From contig NC_086097.1 of assembly GCF_963921235.1 (NCBI RefSeq), positions 73,720,001 to 73,784,000 of the forward strand: a DNA stretch of 64,000 nt. Direction: 5' to 3'. Source of the stretch: Mobula hypostoma. Its lineage: Eukaryota. Shown in pieces: positions 12,219 through 22,700 of the stretch (position 1 is its first letter; each line of letters begins with the position of its first letter). The translations under genes and the position numbers were made by a program. Below the pieces are notes generated by a model. The model had not been told where the DNA came from and did no database searches. It worked only from the letters and a program-made list of their open reading frames with translations.

Positions 12219-13767
12219 GGAGCCGGGGTCCCTAAGACAGTTTGATGTTGTTTACAACTTCACTCTGGCACCCTCTGTGACGACACTGGTGCCAAGCTGT
12301 ATCGGCGTTTGCCCTTCCCTTGGACTACATTAGTGACGTGGATAGGGCGAACCCGCAGCATGGGCAAGAGCCGGTTCTTCAAATCTTCCCGCCCAGGCTT
12401 GCGCCATAGAGTGGACACAGTCCACCAGAGACGCAAACCCATGATCCCTAGGATCGACGGCTGCCTACCTACCGTTATGTGAATTTGCAAATGCTGTCAA
12501 TGCTTCAATGTATTGGGTATGCCAATATATACCACATACTTCAAAATCTTTACGAATGTCAGACATTCACGTAGATCCAGAACAAATGTTCTTTCTTGAA
12601 CGAAGTTCATTATTGCAATCCAGCTACAGTAGAATCGCTATTCTCAAATCGCTATTCTCAAGGAGGCAATGATCCTGCCCACCACATTTTGAACCAAATC
12701 ATTTGTGCAAACGCAATCACCATGACCTAGTAAATTATATCAAGTCTCACATATCAAGCTGTACTATTCTATGTTCTATGTTATGCCAATCTTGCCGTTT
12801 CAGGAGTTATCTCTATGCCTGCACCTGACAAAACTACGTATTAAAAATGCATTGTTTGTGCGAGTATACTTCATATTGTCTTAAATGTAATAATGATCCC
12901 AATATTTTTAATAACGTCCACGAAAAGACTATTACAGATCAACGAGGGTCTTGTCAGACAATATGAGATAGTTTAAGTTCATGCAGTAATATATACTTTA
13001 TGTGCGAAAATGTAGGTTATGTCTCTCTCCTGTGAATTGGACATAACCTTGTTATTTGCATAATACTTTACCTGCTATGAGACATACACAAACTTTATAT
13101 TTCCACCCTAACTCTTGATAAAAAACGGGACATTTTAAAAGGGGCTCGTTTTGCAGTAACTTTATTCCCAATGTATGGTGTTGCTAGAACCGCAACAGAA
13201 GTTTTAACATGCTGCTGCAACTTTAGAAAAGAGAAGCAATTGTACTGCTGGTGCCTTACGGGGAGTGAAAACAGAAATGGTTGCAATGCGCAAATGTTTC
13301 TTCAAGGCCATATGGGATTAAATCTTTTCTTAGCAGTTAAGGGGCTAACATGTGCAGTTATAGGCAATAAGTGTTATAGTTACATACATGACGAAGCTGC
13401 TAAACTGCATCAATATGATTTCTTTTAATGGATAAAATCAAAGCTCGGAAACTGGGATTACTCAGTACTATGAGTTATATTTACTCTGGTGTGCCTTATC
13501 ATAACTTAAGTCATAGTTACTAAAGGCCTTCATTAATAAGGCTCCGAAACGTATACGAGTGTACGTACTCATAGTGTACTGACTCGAAGGACAACCGTAA
13601 GGATGACCATCTGACTATGACATCACTGTATGAATGACCTTTGATGTTTGCCTGATGGTGTAAGTTTTCGGTTGTTTTACAAGCGACATAGATACAAGTT
13701 TTTCCGCCCCTGAATTTTCAGATGTTTCTAAATTATTCTAAGTATATGATTTGGGACGGGGAGGGGA

Positions 13768-14175
13768 TGTTGTTGGATTAGAGTTATTTTTCTTGTAGTT
13801 TAACATTCTTTATGTTTGCTTATATTTTATATAATCACATTTGTGTAATTGCTTAGTGAATTTTCAGAAATTGTAGGATAGCTATTTCTGTGTTTTCTAT
13901 AAGTTTAGCTACAACCTGTGTCACACGACTGAACCTAGGTTACGTCTTATCAATGGTGTTGTGTTCTTGTCTTTCTAGTCTGAGCTAGCTTTTAGAATAA
14001 AACAACCTCCACTTCTTTGTTCTCTCCCTCCCTTTGTTCATTTTTTTCTTCCTTCTTTACCGATTAAGTTGGTCACTGTTATGAATACCTAATAAAACGT
14101 CAGTAACCAGCAAGTTTTATGCCTCATTCTTGACTTCTGAAGAAGCACTGGATCATACCATCTCCAGATCCAACA
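13768..14175 (+). mobile_element. ERV 3' LTR preceded by a polypurine tract
   Basis: PPT gggacggggagggga at 13753-13767; TGTTGGAT (13771) and ATCCAACA (14168-14175) form an 8-bp inverted terminus; AATAAA at 13996 and 14091. Confidence 0.75.
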
Positions 14176-15699
14176 CGATGTACCTGTTCAACTGTCTTTT
14201 AAAAGTTGCCGTGTCTGCCTCAACCACCACCCCTGGCAGCTGATTTGATATAGATACTACAGTTAGTGTAAAAAAATGCCCCTCAAGTCCCAATTAGATC
14301 TCTCCCCTCTCATCTTAAAACTACACCGGCTTGTTCTTGATTCTCCAACTCTATCTATGCTCCTCATGATTTTATACACCTCTATATTACTACCCCTCAG
14401 TCCCTAAAGTCATGGCGGCATCCGTGTATATCATTTCTGCCCCCTTTCCAGTTTACTATCAACTTTCCTATAATAGGGTGACCAATACTGAACACAATAT
14501 TCCAAATGTGGCCTCACCAGTATCAAACACCTTCTCTACAGTAATGCAAACTATCCCCAAGACTTACCCATATACTTTTTCTACTTCCAAAGGCTTCATG
14601 TCTTTCTCCATGGTGAAAACAGAAGTGGACACACATCCCACAGGTGCAGTCCCCAGGGACACTGAGTCTTCCTGATCACCCACATCCTGCAGGAAGAGCA
14701 TACCACTGCCTTAACTGCCATTCCGAATACACCTAGAATAAAAAGGAAATTCAAAGAACTTTATCTGTGCTTCTGCTGCTGAAGTATGAAATCCAAAGCC
14801 TCCTTATTTACCAAACACTGGCCCACTCTTACAATGGCTGCTCTGCTAGAACCGGTTTTTCTTGATTGATGTCACACAATTAACTTATGAGAAGTTCTTT
14901 TCCAAAAACATCTATTTGCCTATCAGAAAGGCTCTTTTTCTTTAAGGTTCCCGCTGCTGCTCTGCTTCCTGCCTCTTAAAAACTTGAAATGAGCACAGTA
15001 ATGGCTACTTTTAAAGCTTCCCTTAAGTCTACAGCATTCACTGTGCACAATAAGGACTTTAAATTGAGGGGACACTCTGCACTGCAGAACCCTTGATTAA
15101 CACATTGGCACTATTTTTTGTCAATAATTTCAGGTTGATGTTGCTTCTGCCATTTACAGTTCAATGAGGCTAATCTTGTGCTTCTCTATGTCCTGTGTAC
15201 CTCACTTCCACTCGGCATGGAAACAGGCTCTTCAGTTCAACTCGAGTTCGTCACATCTGCCTGTGTTTTATCCATACCCTCTCAACCCATCTGATCCATG
15301 TACTTGATCAAAGATGGTTTTCATATGTTACTAATGTGCCCGCCTCAATCACTATTTCTGGCAGCTTATTCTAAGTATCAACCCCCTTTGTACAAAGAAG
15401 CTGCTCCTGATGTCCCTTTTAAGCATCTCACCTCTGATCTTAAACCTATGCCCTCTTATTTTTATACCTTCATTCTGGGAAAAAAGTCTATGTGCTTTCA
15501 CCCTGTCTACGACCCCTCAATTTCGTATGCTCAAGGGAATAAAGTACTAGTACAACCTCTCCTTGTAACTCAGGCCCCATACAGTTAAATCCTTATTGGA
15601 TTGTTTCTAGCTTAATCACATCTTCCTTATATCTCTACACAATACTCCAAATGCGGGCTCACCATTGGCTTGTCTCAGTTGTTATTTAACCTCTCCCAG

Positions 15700-15872
15700 T
15701 CTTCACACCATAACAGACTTCTCTACTGTTCTCTCTTCACATTCTCTGCTTCTTAAAACTTGTTTATTTCTAACTTTTCCCAGTTCTGATAGAATGTCAT
15801 CAACCAGAAAAGCTAACTCTGCTCCTTTCTTCACAGATACTGTCTGCACTGCTGTGCATTTCCAGCATCTGT
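15700..15872 (+). mobile_element. Decayed Penelope-type pseudo-LTR fragment with a degenerate hammerhead motif
   Basis: cagtt-ctgataga...gaaaagc-taactc followed by cacagatactg...tttccagcat, resembling the other PLE ends in the window. Confidence 0.5.
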
Positions 15873-16227
15873 AATACTTGCTTTAATTGTTAACTTTGCG
15901 TCTTCACCATAACAAGTGGATATAACCTTACCTTTTTAGAGTCAATGTCCAGATCAGCAGCATCTGAGCAAAGTCAGGAGGGAACTCCCCTTTTATGGAC
16001 ACCATAAAAGCAATTTAAATGAAACATGTGTCTGATTTAGCTGTAATTTCCCAGGAGTGGTGACTTGGCTGGTCACAGGTCTTACTAGCTGTTAAATCCA
16101 CTCTTCCTGAGTGTTTGTTTTGACAAGATCTTCCTTAAAGTTGTCTCTGAACTGACAGCAAGGCCCTGTTCAACATAAGCCCTCAATGTACATTGCACAG
16201 AAATTTTTGGGAATGAAATCATATCCA

Positions 16228-16442
16228 TTACATAGAAACATAGAAAATAGGTGCAGGAGTAGGCCATTCGGCCCTTCAAGCCTGCACCGCCATTTATTAT
16301 GATCATGGCTGATCATCCAACTCAGAACCCTGCACCAGCCTTCCCTCCATACCCCCTGATCCCCGTAGCCACAAGGGCCATATCTAACTCCCTCTTAAAT
16401 ATAGCCAATGAACTGGCCTCAACTGTTTCCTGTGGCAGAGAA
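16228..16442 (-). mobile_element. CR1 LINE 3' end fragment
   Basis: catagaaacatagaaa tail plus ggagtaggccattcggccc stem. Confidence 0.8.
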
Positions 16443-16959
16443 ACAGGAAACAGGAAATTACAAGCTAAACCAAATGACAATAAATAGGATGTTTCTGATA
16501 TTCAATTAAACATATTAAAATTTAAGTGATTACCTAAAATGCAGTAAAATTAACTTATTGAATTAAACAAAAAATAAGTGAGGGAAAAGTGCAAGACACG
16601 TGGGATCAATTTTGGTTGTGTTTTAATTTAAACTTAAATTCTTTCGAAGTTTTATTTGTTTTCCAGTCATGGGATGACTGTGTAAATATGCTGTGCTGCA
16701 TTGTAAAATAAGAATAAATAATAATAAACATTTGAATTACAAAAAAATAGATTAACTGCAACTTCCCCATGCCATTCAAAATGAATGGATTAGCTGAACC
16801 CATCTCCTGGTCTAAACTGGCCCCAAGGTACAAGGGACAGATTTCTCCGTATAAATGATGCAAAGCTGCGGGAAGTTGGTGCCTCATCCCTGTTGGAATG
16901 CAGTCACAATGACAGTGTATTGAGTCCCTTCATTACTAATGCAACTTGGCATTTGTTTT

Positions 16960-18531
16960 GATAAGTCCCTGGGACCTGATGGTCTGCATCCCAGGGTACG
17001 TAAGGAGGTGGCTTTAGAAATCGTGGTAATCATTTTCCAATGTTCTATAGACTCAGGATCAGTTCCTGTGGATTGGAGGGTGGCTAATGTTGTCCCTCTC
17101 TTCAAGAAGGGAGGAAGAGAGAAAACAGGGAATTATAGACTGGTTAGCCTGATGTCAGTGGTGGGAAAGATGCTGGAGTCAATTATAAAAGATGAAATTA
17201 CAACACATCTGGATAGTAGTAACAGGATTGGTCCAAGTCGGCATGGATTTACAAAGGGGAAATCGTGCTTGACTAATCTTCGGGAATTTTTTGAGGATGT
17301 AACTATGAAAATGGACAAGGGAGAGCCAGTGGATGTAGTGTACCTGGACTTTCAGAAAGCCTTTGATAAAGTTCCACATAGGAGATTAGTGGGCAAAATT
17401 AGGGCACATGGCATTGGGGGCAGAGTACTGACGTGGACTGAAAATTGGCTGGCTGACAGAAAACGAAGAGTAGCGATTAACGGGTCCCTTTCGGAATGGC
17501 AGGCAGTGACCAGTGGGGTACCGCAGGGTTCAGTGCTGGGACCGCAGCTGTTTACAATATATATTCATGATTTAGATGAGGGAATTAAAAGTAACATTAG
17601 CAAATTTGCCGATGACACAAAGCTGGGAGGCAGTGTGAAATGTGAGGAGGATGTTATGAGAATGCAGGGTGACTTGGACAGGCTGGGTGAGTGGGCAGAT
17701 GCATGGCAGATGCAGTTTAATGTGGATAAATGTGAGGTTATCCACTTTGGTGGTAAGAACAGGAAGGCAGATTATTATCCAAATGGAGTCAAGTTAGGAA
17801 AAGGGGAAGCACAACGAGATCTAAGTGTTCTTGTACATCAGTAACTGAAAGTAAGCATGCAGGTTCAGCAGGCAGTGAAGAAAGCTAATGGCATGCTGGC
17901 CTTCATAACAGGGGGAATTGAGTATAAGAGCAAAGAGGTCCTTCTGCAGCTGTACAGGGCCCTGGTGAGACCACACCTTGGAGTATTGTGTGCAGTTTTG
18001 GTCTCCAAATTTGAGGAAGAACATTCTTGCTATTGAGGGAGTGCAGTATAGGTTCACAAGGTTAATTCCCGGGGTGGCGGGCCTGTCATATGTCAAAAGA
18101 TTGGAGCGACTGGGCTTGTATACTCAGGAATTTAGAAGGCTGAGAGGGGATCTCATTGAAAAATATAAGATTATTAAGGGATTGGACACGCTGCAGGCAG
18201 GAAGCATGTTTCCACTGATGGGTAAGTCCAGAACCAGAGGCCACAGTTTAAGAATTAGGGGTAGGCCATTTAGAATGGAGTTGAGGAAAAACTTTTTCAC
18301 CCAGAGAGTGGTGGATATATGGAATGCTCTGCCCCAGAAGGCTGTGGAGGCCAAGTCTCTGAATGCTTTCAAGAAAGAGATGGATAGAGCTCTTAAAAGA
18401 TAGCGGAATCAAAGGTTATGGGGATAAGGCAGGAACTGGATACTGATAGTGGATGATCAGCCACGATCACAGTGAATGGCGGTGCTGGCTCGAAGGGCCG
18501 AATGGCCTACTCCTGCACCTATTGTCTATTG
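16960..18531 (+). mobile_element. 5'-truncated CR1 LINE (RT domain plus 3' UTR)
   Basis: ORFs 16939..17844 and 17978..18403: GPDGLHPRV, YLDFQKAFDKVPH, GVPQGSVLGP, KFADDT. Confidence 0.92.
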
Positions 18532-19366
18532 ACTGCTGCACCAACTCATCTATCCATATTCAAATCCATTCTTTGAACCTAGACTCCTCACACAGCTTCG
18601 AGATATGATATCTAATGATGTTCTTTTATTGCTTTCCACTTATATTCCATTTATTCTTCAACCCCACCACTTGTGCCTTCAGGAGAAGTATTTGTATTCA
18701 TCAGTCCTGGAAGGCTCTGACATTTGCACATTAAAATTCTGACTTGTCTCTGGACAGTTATCATGTTGCAGCTATAGCTGTGTGCCATGAATAACCTCAC
18801 ATCCAGTTTAAATGCCTTTGAGTTGATTAAAATCATTGTTTGCTCTCTTGAGTTCTATGAGCACAGGTTAGACCATATATTCATTCAATGTCAGATCTGG
18901 CTGGTCACTAAACAAAAGAAGATTTTTTTTTGTCTTCATTCAAGAATTATTTGATTTGGAATGTAGTAATGCCAAGTTTATACTCAAGTGTCAACATTTC
19001 ATGGAAAGGACTTGAAAAATGCAGTATAATTCTACTTCCCAAAGGAGTGGGAGACTCCCTTCAGGACACTCATTTAAACGGACTGAGCTTACCTGCTTTA
19101 AGTGTATGAAGTTTAAAATCTGGGAATGAACGGTAAGCAATAAAGAGAAAGGGCAAGTTGTTAAATTGATTAATCTAATACAGAAATGTGCAAACAGACA
19201 TCTCTTCAGTCTTGCTTTCAACCCTTTCCAGATTTCATTCACGCCATTTTCATGTATATATTTATCACGATGTTAATTCTGACATTTTGCATGGAGTTCT
19301 ATAAAATTAATTAATTAAGGTCAAATAATATATGCAAGTGGAACAAAACTATTTTTTTTACAAAAG

Positions 19367-19372
19367 TTTATT
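19367..19372 (-). terminator. Probable AQR polyadenylation signal AATAAA
   Basis: First AATAAA after the stop, followed by a U/GU-rich tract (agttttgttcc). Confidence 0.7.
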
Positions 19373-19535
19373 AACATCCAATCAGGTATACCAACTATAT
19401 TGTTAAATCCCACATTACTTCATATAAAACTGTTTACAACAGTATGCTTGTGATTGGTTGATGTTCAATGCATGTACACTAGATTCTTGCACTGAAACCT
19501 TCAGGATAGCAGTCCAAATATTCTGAATAAAATCA

Positions 19536-19739
19536 TCAGCTTTCTTTTTCTTCTTCATCTTCACTGCCCTCACTATCACTGTCCCTGCCAGGATGTTCAG
19601 GCATTTGTCTATGTTCCTCCACTGGAGTCTCTTCAACCTTATTTTCAGGAACAGATTCTTCAATCTCTTCAGCGTTCTCAATGACTGGAACTGGATCAGG
19701 TTCTTTTGTCGACTTAGGGACTGGTGGCAGAAGTACCTG
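19536..19739 (-). CDS. AQR: AQR terminal coding exon (QVLLPPVPK...[15 protein letters not shown])
   Basis: ctgtag/CAG acceptor; open in the expected phase 0; Pro-rich then acidic tail; tandem TGA TGA; poly(A) signal about 165 nt downstream. Confidence 0.85.
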   Translation of the reverse strand, partial: QVLLPPVPKSTKEPDPVPVIENAEEIEESVPENKVEETPVEEHRQMPEHPGRDSDSEGSEDEEEKES

Positions 19740-22700
19740 CTACAGATGGAAAAGGAATTATATTGAATGAATGTTTGCATTATTACAACAATTTTTGGTG
19801 GTTATACTACAATCTTTCTTCACCACAGTTGCTGAAGATTTCAAATTGTGTTTTTATATATTTCAGATTTCCAGCACTTGCATTATTTTGCTTTTACAAT
19901 AATATTAAACTCAACATACAAAAAGATAAGCACTGTCTAACACAGTTTCCCAACTAAATTTTTATATTTACTGCAAAAATGAGAAAAGCTTGAGAATCTG
20001 CCACATGTCAGGTCAAATGCAAGACCAAAAGAGTCAGCTGAATGTTTTAAATATATGCAAATTTTACTGTAGGTTCTTGCCAAAGCATCACTTTCATTAA
20101 ATAGAGAAATAATTAGTATAAAGTAGAAAATTTACATTTTGCTAAGTGCAAACACAATTTCACTTAATTTGATTTCAATTTCATAGGATGAATATTTCAG
20201 TAAACAAATATTTGACAAATGTTAGTTTAACCTTCTACTCTCACTAGTAATATATCCCATCATCTACTTCCAATTTCAATATATCAAAGCTGTTTTGAAT
20301 CAGGTGACTTAATGACTTTTTAATGCTTACCTTCAACATGCTAGAGTAAATCAAGGTGCTCCATAGACTGTTAACAAACACAATTTAACAATGGTCTCTA
20401 TCCAACAAGATGTATTGAGGGAACAATTCTTACATAAAGCACACATACAAATCAACAATAATTTTATAGGGGTATTAATTTTTTCTAGTTTTAAAAAGCC
20501 TGTGAAGTGCTTCCCTCTATATTAATAATCATTTCTACATTTCAAGAATATGGCAGACAACGGCCATATCAGATGGAATTCAATAAAAAATGATCAAACA
20601 TAATACACACCAAAATTCCACAAGACTTCAAAATCAACTTTGAAGATTTGCATGTCTGTTTGAGAAAGCCGAACGCACAAAAGAAAAGAAATCGGCAGAT
20701 TTGGTGCCAAGACAGATTCTAAAGCAGTTGCTTACCTGTCTGTATTGGTGCATACTCTGAATGATGTGCATGTACATATCATAAACAAAGTTTGCCATCT
20801 CTGGCATGTTCTTGATAACTCGCATCAAGTGGGTTGGAACACGGCCATTCTAAACAAAAAAATATTAGCAACCATTGTAACAGTATTACCAAAACATGTC
20901 AAAACTAGTATTAAATCACTACTATACGCCAAAACACTAAAGAGAAAAGATACCCTTCTGTCTGTGGGGAAGTACTCCGATGGGACAATGTGGAGCTGGA
21001 GTGGCCGAGCAGTCAGTTGATTGAAGGCTGGTGTAAGCTCAAAGCAGTTCTGGAAGAGCGATACTCTTGCAAAGATGTACAGTCCAAGCCTGGCTCTTGA
21101 CATTGCAACAACTAACCGACGAACATCTCTAAATAAAAAAGATGAAAACTGTTAAAATACTGATTATTGTAAGAAGGCTTTTCTGCTGCAGCTAAAAAAG
21201 ATATTGAGTTAAACAAAGAATATTTCCATGTAATAATTATGTCACTTCAATAAGGTTCAACTCCCATTTTTTCCCATCAATAGGTGAACATTTTAAGCTG
21301 ACAATTGATGACAATACAGCATACAGTTCATTCATTATTTGAACTGAATATCATTGATAAGTATTTATTGAGCCAGCTGTAGCACTACAGGCAATGCTGA
21401 ATGCACCAGTGTTTCTATGGTAATGGGGGAGACTAAATATGTTTAAAATAGATTTAGATGTTTAAAAATGATTTATATTTGGGTATCAATCATGATTTAC
21501 TATTTAATTAACTGAACAACATGACAAAACCCTGAGATTCTTTTTCCTGTGGACAACTTAGCAGATCTAAGGAACACTAACTGTAAACAGGATCAATGAA
21601 TGACAAACTGTCCAAATGTAAATATAAATAAGTAGCAATAAATAACGAGTATGAAATAACAAGATAAAGTGTCCTTAAAGTGAGACCATCGGTTGTGGGA
21701 ACACTAGAAATAGAAATAGAAGTAGGATGAGTGTAGTTAGATTATGAGAACACTCCGTCCTCGTTTATTGTCATTTAGAAATGCATGCATTAAAAAATGA
21801 TACAATGTTTCTCCAGAATGATATCACAAGAAAACACAGGACAAACCAAGACTAAAACTGACAAAACCACATAATTATAACATGTAACACACATCAAAGT
21901 TGCTGGTGAATGCAGCAGGCCAAGCAGCATCTGTAGGAAGAGGTGCAGTCGACGTTTCAGGCCGAGACCCTTCGTCAGAACGAAGGGTCTCGGCCTGAAA
22001 CGTCGACTGCACCTCTTCCTACAGATGCTGCTTGGCCTGCTGCGTTCACCAGCAACTTTGATGTGTGTTGCTTGAATTTCCAGCATCTGCAGAATTCCTG
22101 TTGTTTTAATTATAACATGTAGTTACAACAGTGCAAAGCAATACCATAATTTGATAAAGAGCAGACCACGGGCACGGTAAAAAAAAGTCTCAAGGTCCCG
22201 ATAGACTCATCATCTCACGCAGGCGGCAGAAGGGAGGAACTCTCCCTGCCATGAACATCCAAGCGCCACCAACTTGCCAATGCAGCACCATTGGAAGCAC
22301 CCGACTGCAGCAGACTCTGAGTCCGTCTGAAAACTTCAAGCCTCCGACACAGCCTCTCTGAGCACCATCCTCTGCCAAGCGCTTCGACCCCGCCCCGGCC
22401 GCTGAGCAACAAGCAAAACCGAGGACTTGGGGCCTTCTCCAGAGATTCTGGACCACACAGTAGCAGCAGCAGCAAAGCAGGCATTTCAAAAGTTTCACCA
22501 GATGTTCCTCCATGCTCTCACATCCGTCTCCATCAAATCGGGATTGTGCACGCCACCCCACTTGACAAATAAGACATCACCACTGGAGTAGCCGCTGTGA
22601 GCTGCGTCGTGTCGCCATCTTCTCCTCCCGCCCTTTAGTTATCCCCTTTTGTTTAAGAGCCTGATGGTTGTGGGGTAGTAACTGCTCTTGAACCTGGTGG

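Larger units (their letters stand above)
6703..12474 (+). mobile_element. About 590-bp non-autonomous RTE-like retroelement (6703-7048 plus 12231-12474), split by the Nimb LINE
   Basis: 13-bp TSD TTATGTGAATTTG at 6690-6702 and 12475-12487; ggagaaggaaaactctga RTE-type motif; (CCTA)n tail; family assignment tentative. Confidence 0.65.
6590..13560 (+). pseudogene. Decayed endogenous retrovirus env (class I, gamma/epsilon-type), split by the insertion at 6703-12474
   Basis: Hydrophobic leader LELAFILILVVVHLPVF; across the TSD: GMTHNVFLEVLCEF|ANAVNASMYWVC; NWT.PCY; KKR|DILKGARFAVTLFPMYGVAR (cleavage site and fusion peptide); EMVAMR..LQGHMGLNLFLA (ISD-like); CAVIGNKCY (CX6CC-like). Confidence 0.82.
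21740..22635 (-). mobile_element. Non-autonomous retroelement nested in the Rex1 LINE
   Basis: GC-rich 5' end with AAGATGGCG; AATAAA near the 3' end; candidate TSD TAGTTA at 21734-21739 and 22636-22641. Confidence 0.6.

Noticed and set aside
13171..13428. Domesticated syncytin-like env gene
   Set aside because: Stops, at least two frameshifts, lost cysteines and a 5.8-kb insertion show decay.
16228..18531. Inverted similarity between 16240-16310 and 18460-18530 as TIRs
   Set aside because: These are just two oppositely oriented CR1 3' ends.
19415..19780. 121-aa ORF as the AQR last exon
   Set aside because: Wrong frame; the splice phase gives the acidic QVLLPP...KES* reading.
20850..20953. 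Possible U12-type introns (donors GTATCTTT here and GTATCATT at 50125)
   Set aside because: Neither matches GTATCCTT, no TCCTTAAC branch point is present, and the 3' ends look U2-type.
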